DNA of 61,018 nt from a virus (IMGVR_UViG_3300009506_000029:1-61018); one strand, 5' to 3'; counted from the first letter of the stretch, positions 9,072 to 18,788 are shown. A program made the numbers and translations. The notes: generated from the sequence alone by a model not told the origin.

Positions 9072-9998
9072 CTAGCTCGGGTTGCAGCCGACGATCCATC
9101 TCCAGTCAGACCACCCGTACGAATAGCGCATATACCCGCGGTATCGCGCCTCCAGCCGGTAGCTGCTGGTGGGGTCCATCGCAAACTCGAGCGGCGCCCG
9201 GTCGATCCACAACAGGTGAATCTTGGCCAACCGCGAGTCGAGCATGAACCACGCATTGGCATCGGTCAGGTAATCCCACATGATCACCCGCGTGCCCCAT
9301 CGCTGCACGATGTTGTCCTGGTAGTTGACCTGGCCCGGCACCTGCGGCGACCCGCCGTTCATCGTGTTGACGATCTGGTTGGCGGTTTCCTCCAGCTCAG
9401 GCGGGACCAGGAGCGTGTCCGGGTTGATCGCCACCAACTGGCCGCGGTCGTCCTTGAACTCGCGCATCAGCCGGCGAACCGTCACCACGTTGTCGTAGGT
9501 CAGCGAGTAGCCCGTGGTATACTCGTTCGTCTGCGTGCTCGCGTTGCTCGGACTGTACGGGTGCCCTGCGCTCTCGCACAGCGGCTGCCCGTCGCCGCCG
9601 GTATAGCTGGTGCTGAATGCGTTGTTGAACACAGACGCCGCGTGTTTCTCGCGGGTCCGTGCCGCGCTCATGGCCAACTGCGCCGGCCGCGCATTGATGA
9701 TGTTGTACTGGTCGTCGTCCACCAGTTTCCGCTCGACCTTGAACCCCTGCACGTACTCGGTATGCGTCAGGGTGGTCTTGTAGCCCTGCTCCAGGTCGTC
9801 GTACTCGATCGCGCCCTCGTAGGCGTTCCAGTCGCTCATCCCGCCGACACCGAGAAAGTACTCGCTCGCCTTGCTGGACGGGATCACGTTGAACAACATC
9901 GGAATCCGCGAGGCCGCCGTCAACTCCGAGAACGTGAGGTTAAAAACCGCCCTCAGTCCCGGTTCAAGAAGTTCTCCAAAATGCTCAGAGATTGCCAT
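9072..9998 (-). CDS. Major capsid protein (Mu gpT-like, HK97 fold)
   Basis: LVDDDQY, GGDGQPL, PDTLLVPPELEETA, WDYLTDANAWF, YSYGWSDWR; position after scaffold and decoration genes. Confidence 0.88.
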   Translation of the reverse strand: MAISEHFGELLEPGLRAVFNLTFSELTAASRIPMLFNVIPSSKASEYFLGVGGMSDWNAYEGAIEYDDLEQGYKTTLTHTEYVQGFKVERKLVDDDQYNIINARPAQLAMSAARTREKHAASVFNNAFSTSYTGGDGQPLCESAGHPYSPSNASTQTNEYTTGYSLTYDNVVTVRRLMREFKDDRGQLVAINPDTLLVPPELEETANQIVNTMNGGSPQVPGQVNYQDNIVQRWGTRVIMWDYLTDANAWFMLDSRLAKIHLLWIDRAPLEFAMDPTSSYRLEARYRGYMRYSYGWSDWRWIVGCNPS

Positions 9999-10027
9999 CG
10001 TCTTTTACTCCTCTATCCCCCAGCGGC

Positions 10028-10483
10028 CTAGCTGGTCCCGTGGAACGTGGTGTTGTTGAATGCCACGTATGCCAGGACGTTACCATCGTCGTCGGTACCG
10101 GTGTCGAACAGGATCAGTGCGCCCGACCCGCTTCCGTCCGCGTCCACGGTGTTGTGATCGACAATGTCGACCGTCTTGTCATACCCGGCGACGATCGCCG
10201 TGCTCGAGGCGTCCATCGAGCAGCGCCACACCTGCCCGCGCGTCACGATCGCCACTTTTAGCTCTGTGTCCTCCGCGACGCTCGCGGTATCGCTCTGCTG
10301 GCAGATTGCGAACACCTCGCCGGCGTTGTTTGCGCCCTTGTCCGCCCGCCCGGCGGTGTCGAGGACCAGCAGGTCTCCAACCCTATAGCCACCGGTGTCT
10401 GCCGCCATCGGCCAGTCCTTGATCAGTGGCGTGGCGTTGGATCCGTCCAGCATATAGGCAAATTCAAAGCCTCTGCTTGCCAT
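10028..10483 (-). CDS. Putative capsid decoration/cement protein
   Basis: 151 aa between scaffold and capsid; VGDLLVL beta-tulip-like pattern. Confidence 0.6.
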   Translation of the reverse strand: MASRGFEFAYMLDGSNATPLIKDWPMAADTGGYRVGDLLVLDTAGRADKGANNAGEVFAICQQSDTASVAEDTELKVAIVTRGQVWRCSMDASSTAIVAGYDKTVDIVDHNTVDADGSGSGALILFDTGTDDDGNVLAYVAFNNTTFHGTS

Positions 10484-10523
10484 TTAGGTATACCTCCGTA
10501 TGGCGGGCGTTTCCACCACCCGC

Positions 10524-11219
10524 CTACTGTTTGTGTTTTGCGTACTCTTCCGGGCTCACGCGCAACTTGCGCGCGATCTCTAGCTCCTCGGCCGTGAGCT
10601 GTGGCCCGCCGTCGCTCCGCTCTCCGCTTCCCGCCCCGCCATCCAGCTTGGGCGCGGGCGGCTTGCCTCGCAGCGGCAGACGCCCGTCGTCGACCAAAGC
10701 CCTGACCGCATCCGCCGCGCCGGTCACCGTGATCCCGTCTTCGCCGATCGCCACACCTGCCAGGTCGGCCAGGTGGTAAGCATCCTCGGGGTGCGCCACG
10801 TTTAGCGCGGATGCCTCCGCCATCAGCGCTGCCCGGATCAAGGTGCTCTGCGCTTTCTGGATCGCCTCGTCTCGCTCGGTCTCCGCTCGCTGCGCGCGCT
10901 CCGTCGCTCGTTGTACGGTTTCCTGCGCTTTTTCCAGCTCGGTCTGCCGTTCCCGCTTGAACTCGTCCAGTTCCCGCAGGCGCTTGTCGAGATCATCCAC
11001 CGACTCGAATCCGCGCTCGCGCAAGAGCTGCCGCGCCATCTGCTCGGCCCGTTGTGGCACGATGCGATTCAAGTCCTCCTGCGTAAAAGTGCGCGCGCTC
11101 TCCCCTGGCTGTTGCCCGCCGCCAGTCGCGTTTGCGGTCGGCGTCCCTGCCGTCCCCGCTTGGGTCTGCGCCTCACCCGCACCAGTCGGTGCGGCCCCGG
11201 TCGTCTGATCCTCAGACAT
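10524..11219 (-). CDS. Capsid scaffolding protein
   Basis: Low-complexity N-terminus, RTFTQEDLNRIV, coiled coil, C-terminal EEYAKHK. Confidence 0.85.
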   Translation of the reverse strand: MSEDQTTGAAPTGAGEAQTQAGTAGTPTANATGGGQQPGESARTFTQEDLNRIVPQRAEQMARQLLRERGFESVDDLDKRLRELDEFKRERQTELEKAQETVQRATERAQRAETERDEAIQKAQSTLIRAALMAEASALNVAHPEDAYHLADLAGVAIGEDGITVTGAADAVRALVDDGRLPLRGKPPAPKLDGGAGSGERSDGGPQLTAEELEIARKLRVSPEEYAKHKQ

Positions 11220-11281
11220 TTCTCTTGTGCCTCCCGCTTTTTACCGTGTGCGTCACGTAAGCCCCGTGTGGGGCGGAAAAC

Positions 11282-11340
11282 AAAAAAAAGCGGGCACCTC
11301 TGGGCCGGGGATTTGCATCCCTGGTCCCAAAAGTGCCCGC
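11282..11340 (-). terminator. Long hairpin plus U-tract (intrinsic terminator/attenuator) before the scaffold-capsid genes
   Basis: GCGGGCAC...GTGCCCGC followed by a T8 run on the minus strand. Confidence 0.75.
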
Positions 11341-11385
11341 TGAAAACTCAGTGAGCGATTCTGTTATCAGGCGGTCACGCGCCTG

Positions 11386-11538
11386 TCACTTGCCCGTCAC
11401 ACTCCTGGCGGCAGCCTTTCGCTTTTTCGCATCCAGAGCAATGATCACGCTCAACCCAACCCACAACGCGCTGGCTGCCAAAAACCCAAACGCAAACCAG
11501 GTCACCTGGCCCGAGATGTAGAGCGTGTAACCGTTCAT
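11386..11538 (-). CDS. Small membrane protein
   Basis: Single TM segment (FAFGFLAASALWVGLSVIIAL); start overlaps upstream stop. Confidence 0.55.
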   Translation of the reverse strand: MNGYTLYISGQVTWFAFGFLAASALWVGLSVIIALDAKKRKAAARSVTGK

Positions 11539-11738
11539 GCGCCCAGCCCGAGCCTGCGCAATGAGAACTTTAGCAAGTCCATCGCTTGTTCGGTGTCGAA
11601 GCCCTCGTCGCGCAAAGCCTTGTAAAAGGCCCATGCATAGCGCGCCATAATCATCGTTCCGGCGATAGCTTGCTCGACGCCCTCAAATTCCTTGATACTG
11701 ATATAGTCATTCAGCGGCTTGTTCTCGTTTTCGCTCAC
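11535..11738 (-). CDS. Small hypothetical protein
   Basis: GTG at 11738 coupled to upstream stop; FYKALRDEGFDTEQAMDL. Confidence 0.6.
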   Translation of the reverse strand: MSENENKPLNDYISIKEFEGVEQAIAGTMIMARYAWAFYKALRDEGFDTEQAMDLLKFSLRRLGLGA

Positions 11739-11914
11739 CTTTTCCTCCGGGGTACAATGCTGCGCTCCATTTGCTCGTGATCCTCGATCCCGCCCAGCGC
11801 CATGATCAGCACCTGGCGGATGCACAGTATCAGTGTACGCCATCGCGCTTGGCGTTTGGCCTCTTGCTCCTCGAGGCGTGTAATTCGCTGCTCCAGCGTC
11901 AGCTCTCCGCTCAC
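11735..11914 (-). CDS. Small coiled-coil hypothetical protein
   Basis: TLEQRITRLEEQ; coupled start/stop. Confidence 0.5.
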   Translation of the reverse strand: MSGELTLEQRITRLEEQEAKRQARWRTLILCIRQVLIMALGGIEDHEQMERSIVPRRKR

Positions 11915-12049
11915 TTGCTCAGCCCCCGCGCCAGCCCGCGCCGGTAGTATTCCCCGTTTGGAGGCCACAACCACGTTGCCAGCCGCACGATCTTGGGCAC
12001 CACCAGGAACAGCGCCAGCGACACAGTCGCCCGCACCCACGCGATCGCT

Positions 12050-12265
12050 CTACTCATACACCACCGTCCCGCCATAGGCCGGCCGCTCGCTCGCTATCAC
12101 GATCGCGCTCTCTGGCGCATCGCATAACGAGCAGCCCTTGGTATCGTCCCGATTCTCGCTTCTCACCTGCCAGTGCGTGCCACATACCTGGCAGTGCGCC
12201 ACGAGGTTCGTCACTGTCGGCGCATTGTCCGCGCTCGTGCAAATGTCGGTCTTGTAGGTAGCCAC
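12050..12265 (-). CDS. Small zinc-ribbon protein
   Basis: CQVC...CSLC. Confidence 0.55.
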   Translation of the reverse strand: MATYKTDICTSADNAPTVTNLVAHCQVCGTHWQVRSENRDDTKGCSLCDAPESAIVIASERPAYGGTVVYE

Positions 12266-12369
12266 CTAGCCTACTCCCATTTCCAGCCCTATGAGCGCGA
12301 GCATCTCGAGCAGCAACGCGATCGCGACCATCGCGCATATCGCCACGCAGCCCCACCCGCCGCGCGCCT

Positions 12370-12696
12370 TCACCGCTCCCGCATCCCCGCCAGCCGCAGC
12401 AGCGCCGTGCTCGTCACCGTGATCCCCGCTGCCCGCATGTTCCGCACGAGGCTGCGCGCCGCCTTGCGTTTGTCGTCTGCCGACACGCCGGTCATCTGGA
12501 AGATGCGACCGGCCGCTGCCCGCAGTGCGCCCTTGTGGATCGGCCCGCCTGGCTGTCCGCGAATCGGCAGCTTGCACAGCGCCTTGACCTTCTCTTGCCC
12601 ACTCGGGTTCGTGTCGATCAAGCACACGCTGCAAAACGCCGCTGCGTCCAGGTCGCTCTCCGGGCTGCTCCAGGTTCCATCCGTGTACTCAGCCAT
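12370..12696 (-). CDS. Hypothetical head-module protein
   Basis: ATG overlaps the MuF stop (TGATG); CLID...KLP...GALRAAAGR. Confidence 0.6.
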   Translation of the reverse strand: MAEYTDGTWSSPESDLDAAAFCSVCLIDTNPSGQEKVKALCKLPIRGQPGGPIHKGALRAAAGRIFQMTGVSADDKRKAARSLVRNMRAAGITVTSTALLRLAGMRER

Positions 12697-13775
12697 CAGT
12701 TCTGCCTTGCCAGCCACCCCGCATACGACCCCACCGGCGCATCCTCACCCAACAGATCGTACAGCGCCCTCGGCACCCAACTGTTGCCCCAGATCGGATC
12801 CGTCACCTTGTGCGGAATGTCGTCCAGCTCAAATCGCCCATCTTTCCACGCCTGCCAACGCCCCACACCCATCATTAGACGCTGTACCTCGTCACTCTGC
12901 CGCAAGAACCAATCCCGGCCCATCTCGCGCGAAAAGTCCGGCTCTGGGACGTCGATGCCCAGCTCTCTGTAGCCCTTGGTCACTGGCAGTAAACAGCACC
13001 TGCCGTTTACGTGGTCGTCCATGTCCTCGTCGAGGCTGTACCGCTTTCCGTCCAGCAGAATGCACGCCAGACACGTCCGCCGATCGTGCGCTGCGCATCG
13101 TTCCCACTCTTTCACCAGCCCACTCGCCCTGTAGCTGTTCAGCGTCGCCGTGCGCCACGCCCGCAGCATCTCCGTACGCGAGATGCTCAGCGCCCGATTC
13201 AGGCCCATCCCGAACCTGTCCCGCAGCTCTCGAGCCAGCCGGCGCGGGTTCCATCCCATCGCCAGCCCCCGCACCAACGCCTTGGCAAAATCGTCGGCCG
13301 CGTCCCCCAGCGCCTGCCGCAACAAGTTCTCCAGCGGCATCCCGTTCTGCAGAAACCCCGCCAGTTGCTCGACTGCCCCGCGCGCCATCCGGTCAAACCG
13401 TGCCGTGATCGATCCTGGCGGGTACATCCCTTCCAGCAAGGCTCTCGCGTTGCGCTCTCCGGCCATGATCGCCTCGCGCATCCCGTCCGTGATCTGCCCG
13501 TCCGCAAACTCGGCGAAACGCGCCATCTCTGTCTCGACCTGGCGCTGGATCGCCTGCATCCGCTCCAGCCGCCAGATGCGCCCCTGGCTCACGTCCTCGC
13601 CACGCTGGCGCATAGCCTCGATCTGGTCCCGCAGCGCGGCAATGTCTGCCTGCAGCCGGCGCCACGTCTCTCCGTAATAACGGACCATCGCTGTCGCCGC
13701 CGCACGCTCCCGGGCCAACAGTTGCGCCCGGAACCGGTTGGACAGCTCGACGACCAGCGGAGTAGGGCCAGGCAT
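12696..13775 (-). CDS. Minor head protein (SPP1 gp7 / MuF)
   Basis: RALSISRTEMLRA, DRRTCLACILLDG, HVNGRC. Confidence 0.9.
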   Translation of the reverse strand: MPGPTPLVVELSNRFRAQLLARERAAATAMVRYYGETWRRLQADIAALRDQIEAMRQRGEDVSQGRIWRLERMQAIQRQVETEMARFAEFADGQITDGMREAIMAGERNARALLEGMYPPGSITARFDRMARGAVEQLAGFLQNGMPLENLLRQALGDAADDFAKALVRGLAMGWNPRRLARELRDRFGMGLNRALSISRTEMLRAWRTATLNSYRASGLVKEWERCAAHDRRTCLACILLDGKRYSLDEDMDDHVNGRCCLLPVTKGYRELGIDVPEPDFSREMGRDWFLRQSDEVQRLMMGVGRWQAWKDGRFELDDIPHKVTDPIWGNSWVPRALYDLLGEDAPVGSYAGWLARQN

Positions 13776-15289
13776 TACTCGGCCATCTCCTCAGCCTCGG
13801 CCGTCTCTTCTGGCTCGCGCTCGTTCGTCCCTCGTCCTTCGTCGTTCGTCTGCCCCCCAAACCCATCCCCGGTGTAACCGCCCTCAAACGCCCGCAGCAG
13901 CTCCCCGCCCAGGTTGCTCTGCGCCATCATTTCCTCGCCCCGCTGCGCGCGCATCTCTGCGATCTCTTGCGCGCTGTAGCCCATCTCGCCCCACAGCGTC
14001 TCGACCGGCACGCCCAGCTCAGCCTTGAGTTTCAGCGCCTCCAGGTGGTCGCGCGCGTTGCGCGTCTCTGGGTCTGCCCATAGCGTATCGAGCTGCGCGA
14101 TCGCGTCCAACTGTTCGCCTGGCACCTGCGCGCCAAACGCATTGTACAAGCGCACCGCCATCCGCATGGCATCCTCCCAGGCGTTGCCAAACGCGACCTG
14201 GCAGCGCTTGACCTTGGCGACGAGCCCCACCTCCTCTTGTTTCAGCGTGCCCTCCGCCGGCCGGTGCCCGCTGACCTGGAAAAACGAGATCGGCGTCCGC
14301 GACACGCGCGCGATCTCCATCACAAACGCGTCAGAGAACGAGATCAGCGGCTGCAGGTTCTCGCCTGGGAAAAACCCCATCGCCGCGCCTTGCTCGCCAC
14401 TCGGTGGTCGCTTCGAGAATACCCACGACCCGGGCGCGATCTCTAGCCCGCTCGGATCGTCCCCGATCATCCAGAAGATGCGAAACGCGGTCGTGTCGGC
14501 CGCTGCCAGCAAGTCGATGATCGCCTTGTTCAGCGCGTTCTGTAGCGGCACCACGCTCTTTAGTTCGCTCTGCCCATAATTGTAACCCTGGCCTTTGTTG
14601 CGGAAATGCACCACTGGCACGCCCAGCGGTTTCCCTGCCTCGTCTACCCACGGAATCGGCCAGCGATCGGCTGGGTCCTCGCGATATGGTTGCCAGTGCC
14701 CGCCGGCCTCTGTCTGGAGATAGACGTACTTTTCGATCCTGTCTGGATAGTACAGGTTACACCGCTTCGCCGCCTGCGCCTCGCCGCTCTCCTCGATCTC
14801 CGTCTCCCACCACTTGGACGCAAACGCGATCCGCCGGCGCTGCTCGCTGCTATAATGCACGCGCACGCCCTCGCTGCCATCGTAGGCGAGCTCGTCCGAG
14901 AACACAGGCCGCCCCTCGTCCTCGTCCCACTCCGCGATCAAGTATGCATCGCCGTCGCGTACCGCCGCCAGGTGGACGATCCCCTGCAAGGCGTCCATCC
15001 GGTTGTCCTGCCACCACCCCCACAGACGCTCGGCCAGTCTGCTATCTGCCGACTTGAACCCCGTCACGTGCAGCCGCTCGGACACCGCGTCGACCACCGT
15101 CGGGCAATGGTTGGCGTTGAACTCGTCGCCCAGCTTGACCTGCAGGTAACGCCGCTGCCGCTCGGTTAGCTGCGTGTTGTGGTCGCCGTCGTAATACTCC
15201 CGCCACGCCACGTAATGCGACTGCCGGTCGCTGTCCTCCGTCGAAAGTGAGTCCAGCATAGATGTCGGATCGTATGGGTCCTCAGACAT
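13775..15289 (-). CDS. Portal protein (SPP1 gp6-like)
   Basis: YYDGDH, NHCPTVVDA, PVVHFRN, GQSEL..V.PLQNALNK; position after terL. Confidence 0.92.
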   Translation of the reverse strand: MSEDPYDPTSMLDSLSTEDSDRQSHYVAWREYYDGDHNTQLTERQRRYLQVKLGDEFNANHCPTVVDAVSERLHVTGFKSADSRLAERLWGWWQDNRMDALQGIVHLAAVRDGDAYLIAEWDEDEGRPVFSDELAYDGSEGVRVHYSSEQRRRIAFASKWWETEIEESGEAQAAKRCNLYYPDRIEKYVYLQTEAGGHWQPYREDPADRWPIPWVDEAGKPLGVPVVHFRNKGQGYNYGQSELKSVVPLQNALNKAIIDLLAAADTTAFRIFWMIGDDPSGLEIAPGSWVFSKRPPSGEQGAAMGFFPGENLQPLISFSDAFVMEIARVSRTPISFFQVSGHRPAEGTLKQEEVGLVAKVKRCQVAFGNAWEDAMRMAVRLYNAFGAQVPGEQLDAIAQLDTLWADPETRNARDHLEALKLKAELGVPVETLWGEMGYSAQEIAEMRAQRGEEMMAQSNLGGELLRAFEGGYTGDGFGGQTNDEGRGTNEREPEETAEAEEMAE

Positions 15290-16739
15290 ATTTCACCGTT
15301 CCAGGTGCCGCGTACTTGGGTTTGAGTACCAACCTGTTGAACGCTCCGCTCGATGCATCGACTTGGTCCATATATGCCCCGTTCGGAAACGCGGCCAGCT
15401 CCTCAATGTAGGCGTGATTCCACGCCCCTTCCAGCAATTTCACATTTCCCGCCTCGGCCTGGGCCGCGAACGGCTCCGCCCGCACGTCCTTGCTCCCTGT
15501 CGGCCGATCGGCAAACACGGCGAATCCGGCCAGATTCTTGATCGTATTCTCTGCGCTCTCTTTGCCGCCGCTGCCTGGCTCCTGCTCGACGTAGACCTCG
15601 ACCTCGCCCCACCGCGCCCGGTCCAGTTCCGCCGTCTGCCGAATGACCACCTCGCGCTCGCCCGCGCTCCACTGCCCCCGCACCACGTCGAGGACAATGT
15701 ACACCTGGCCCCAATACCCGATCAGCACGCCCGCCGTGAACGCACCGGCTCCGCGCGTGCCGCCTTTGTCCCAGTAACGCACCAGCTGGCCGGGCAGCCG
15801 AGGTGCTGCGCGCACGATCTCGAACCAGCTCCGCTTGAAACGGTTTCCCTCCAGCGCCCGCGGCGTGCCCTGGTATTCTGCATACCAGACGTACGTCCCC
15901 ACGTCGCCGGCGATTTCGGCCAACGCCTGCTCGCTGAATCGCCCCGGGCACAAGGCCTCGCCCGGCTGCCGGCCCAGTGGATCGGGCTGTCCCGCCGCCA
16001 GTCCCAGCCGCCGGCACGCGTCGTCCCGCTCCGCCTGGCTCTCGGCCAAAGCCGGCAGGCGTAACACCGTCCACGCGCCTGGATCGTGTGCCAGCAGCCG
16101 GCCCGCCAGGTCGTCCTCGTGCCACCGGGTCATAATCAGGATGATCGCGCCCTCTTCCCAGATGCGCGTCCTAAACGTGCTCCGGTACCATTCCCAGACG
16201 TTGTCCCTGGTCCGCTCGCTCTGTGCCTGCGCCCAGTTCTCGAACGGATCGTCGATGATGCCCAACAGCGCGCCGTGGCCGGTGATCGGCCCGCCCACGC
16301 CGGCAGCCACCAACCCGCCCCGGTGCCCGGCCAGCTCCCAGTGGTCGACCGCCCGGCTGGCCGGGTGCGTGCGCACTCCAAAGAGCTGAGAAAACTCCTG
16401 GCTCTCGACCACGCTGCGCGCCTGCCGGCTCTTGCTGAACGCCAGGCTGGCCGCATAGCTCGTCAAGATGATCGGATCGTCCAGCCTGCGCCCCGCCCAG
16501 AATGCCGGCAGCCGCACGCTGGCCAGCTCGCTCTTGCCGTGCTGCGGAGGCGCGAAAATCATCAGGCGCCGAATGTCGCCGGCGATCACGCGATCCAACG
16601 TCCCCGCCAGCAGCGCGTGCGCTTCCTCGGCCTGGTACTGCGGAAATGTGAACTTGGTAAAGTGCAGTAACGACGAGCGCGCGGCCCTACGCCGCAGGAT
16701 CTCCCGTGCCGCCTCCGCTCGCGAGATCCCCATTTGCAT
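15282..16739 (-). CDS. terL: Terminase large subunit
   Basis: Walker A PPQHGKSE, IIDDP, MTRWHEDDLAG, C-terminal nuclease DQVDA. Confidence 0.96.
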   Translation of the reverse strand: MQMGISRAEAAREILRRRAARSSLLHFTKFTFPQYQAEEAHALLAGTLDRVIAGDIRRLMIFAPPQHGKSELASVRLPAFWAGRRLDDPIILTSYAASLAFSKSRQARSVVESQEFSQLFGVRTHPASRAVDHWELAGHRGGLVAAGVGGPITGHGALLGIIDDPFENWAQAQSERTRDNVWEWYRSTFRTRIWEEGAIILIMTRWHEDDLAGRLLAHDPGAWTVLRLPALAESQAERDDACRRLGLAAGQPDPLGRQPGEALCPGRFSEQALAEIAGDVGTYVWYAEYQGTPRALEGNRFKRSWFEIVRAAPRLPGQLVRYWDKGGTRGAGAFTAGVLIGYWGQVYIVLDVVRGQWSAGEREVVIRQTAELDRARWGEVEVYVEQEPGSGGKESAENTIKNLAGFAVFADRPTGSKDVRAEPFAAQAEAGNVKLLEGAWNHAYIEELAAFPNGAYMDQVDASSGAFNRLVLKPKYAAPGTVKYV

Positions 16740-17211
16740 CGGCCTCGCTCTCCTCGGAGCCGCCGCCGGCGGCGATCGCCATCAGCTCGTCATCTGTCAA
16801 ATCTCGCGTCGTGTGTTGCGAGAATACTTGCCCGGTTACCACCTGTCGTGCAGGTGACTCCGTCCCCAGCAACTTGGCCTCTTGTGCAATGTTCAATCGC
16901 ACCTCAGCCAATTGACCCTGCTTCCACGCAACCTGTCGTGCCAAGCGCAACTCGCGGACCTCTCGCCCACGATTCTCGCGAATCGACGCGTCCAGCATAG
17001 ACAGCCAGCGCGCCTCAATGTCCTGAACATCACTGCCGATGGTGCTTTTGGAAAATGGCTCACCTGTCTCTGGATTGCGTAATCCCCCCTCATTGACCGG
17101 CTTGGCCAGCAGATCAGCGATTTCGCGAATCGTATATCCCTGCACCCGAAGTCGCTCTACCTCGAGCTGGCGTTTTTCGGTGATCCTCGTATAGCCCATT
17201 TGTCCAGTCAT
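16687..17211 (-). CDS. terS: Terminase small subunit
   Basis: N-terminal HTH (GYTIREIA...STIGSDV), AKLLG, DLTDDEL; immediately upstream of terL. Confidence 0.8.
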   Translation of the reverse strand: MTGQMGYTRITEKRQLEVERLRVQGYTIREIADLLAKPVNEGGLRNPETGEPFSKSTIGSDVQDIEARWLSMLDASIRENRGREVRELRLARQVAWKQGQLAEVRLNIAQEAKLLGTESPARQVVTGQVFSQHTTRDLTDDELMAIAAGGGSEESEADANGDLASGGGTGDPAA

Positions 17212-17222
17212 GTGTCCAGCTA

Positions 17223-17250
17223 GATTGCGCTTCGGATCATAAGTCTAATC
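17223..17250 (+). promoter_or_regulatory. 28-bp dispersed motif copy
   Basis: GATTGCGCTTCGGATCATAAGTCTAATC upstream of terS. Confidence 0.75.
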
Positions 17251-17544
17251 GTGCAGCCCGTGCGCGCGTGCCATCGCCGACACGTTCACCATTCGATCCA
17301 CCCGCGCGCTCAGCCCGGGAAACGGTGCCAGGAACTTGGGCACGTCCGCCTCGATCGCCGCGCAGCCCTCGCTCGTTTTCACACAATACCGCCCCAGCGG
17401 CCCGGCGTCCAGTGCCCTGGCCATCAGTGACCACGGCTGTCCATACCCGTCCACGCCGGCCAGGTAAACCAGGTCCCCGCACTCCGCCTCGCCCGACTCA
17501 TATGCCGAGACCGGCAGTGCGATCCAGGGCTGTGCTACGATCAC
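17245..17544 (-). CDS. Small RlpA/3D-like double-psi beta-barrel protein (tentative)
   Basis: WIALP...CGDLVYL...ALDAGP...ADVP pattern; strong GAGGAG RBS. Confidence 0.45.
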   Translation of the reverse strand: MIVAQPWIALPVSAYESGEAECGDLVYLAGVDGYGQPWSLMARALDAGPLGRYCVKTSEGCAAIEADVPKFLAPFPGLSARVDRMVNVSAMARAHGLHD

Positions 17545-17729
17545 GCCCTCTCCTCACCGTGCCGGGCCTACACGTTTGCACCCTCTATCGCCACCCTCCG
17601 CCACTCTCCCTCGGCCCGGCACGGCTCACAAGGAGGAGAAACCCGCCACTGCCCCTGTGGCGCGCTCCGTGGAAGGAACGAGGTTAGGGGGGGGATAACC
17701 AACCTCGCGCCCTCCACGCAGAGCGCCAT

Positions 17730-18788
17730 CTATGACAACCTCTCCAGCAACGCGCGCGCCTCTTCCAAACTGTGACAAAACGTCGCGCCGTCTTTCCAGT
17801 ACACGTGTGCCCCCGAGCCCCGGTGCATGGGCGCCGACAATCCCAGCTCGCGCCCGTACGGATCCCCGATGTTGTACGTGCCGGTCAGCACCGCGTACCG
17901 CTCATGCCCGTGCCGCCAGAACGGCCGGCACACCGTGCCCACGTGCGTGTGCCCGCCCAGGCCAACGTCAAAATCCGTCGATCCCCGCTGCCACCCCACC
18001 TCGATCGCGTGCGTGGCATTAAAGATCGAGCTGTAGCGCCACTTGTGCCGGACCTTGTACCGCCACACGCGCTCGCCCCACACCAGGCGAAAACAGACCT
18101 CGAACCGGTCGTAGAGCACGCGCACATCGTCGCCCAGCAGCCCGCGCAGCAGGTCGATCCCCGCGATCTGGCGCGTCCAGTTCTCGTGATTCCCGGCCAC
18201 CACCCACAGCAAGGATGGCCCCACCATCCGCAGCCAATCTGCAAAGAGCGCGATCTCGGCGTCGAACGGAACGATCTCGTCCCGTTCCAGCGCGGCCAGC
18301 TTGCCCACGATCCAGTTGTTAATTCCGTCCCCGTGATACCCTGCCCACATCCGCGGCGTGTCTCGGATGATCTCCGCGTCCGCCCGCAGCGCCCGGTAAT
18401 CCGTGCTCGCTGCCCCAATGTGCAGATCCGACAGATACGCCAGCGCGAACGGCTCCTCGCCGTGGATCGTGATCGTCTGGTGCTGCCGGCGCCACGCCTG
18501 CTCCTCGGCCTGCAACTGGGCTTTGAACGCCTGCGCCCACAGCTCATCCGGATCGAGCGCGCCGTCCTCGTTCGTCCACCCCTCGATCGTCGGCTCGTCC
18601 GGTTCGCTCTCGGCCTGTTCCTGGCGGCGATTGAGATCCTCCAGGAACCGGTCGCGCGCCTCGAGCGCCGCCTCCGGGCTGTGAAACGTGCCCAGGTACC
18701 GCCCTGGAAGCATCGACGGCGACAAGATCACCCTCCAAGAGTGACTGCCGCTGCGCTGGATATATCTCTCGTCTGGCAGGTCGACCAT
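17730..18788 (-). CDS. Calcineurin-like metallophosphoesterase with N-terminal AP2-like domain
   Basis: SDLHIG, GDGINN, GNHE, RHK and GHTH motifs; N-terminal WRV...YLGTFHSPEAALEARD. Confidence 0.85.
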   Translation of the reverse strand: MVDLPDERYIQRSGSHSWRVILSPSMLPGRYLGTFHSPEAALEARDRFLEDLNRRQEQAESEPDEPTIEGWTNEDGALDPDELWAQAFKAQLQAEEQAWRRQHQTITIHGEEPFALAYLSDLHIGAASTDYRALRADAEIIRDTPRMWAGYHGDGINNWIVGKLAALERDEIVPFDAEIALFADWLRMVGPSLLWVVAGNHENWTRQIAGIDLLRGLLGDDVRVLYDRFEVCFRLVWGERVWRYKVRHKWRYSSIFNATHAIEVGWQRGSTDFDVGLGGHTHVGTVCRPFWRHGHERYAVLTGTYNIGDPYGRELGLSAPMHRGSGAHVYWKDGATFCHSLEEARALLERLS

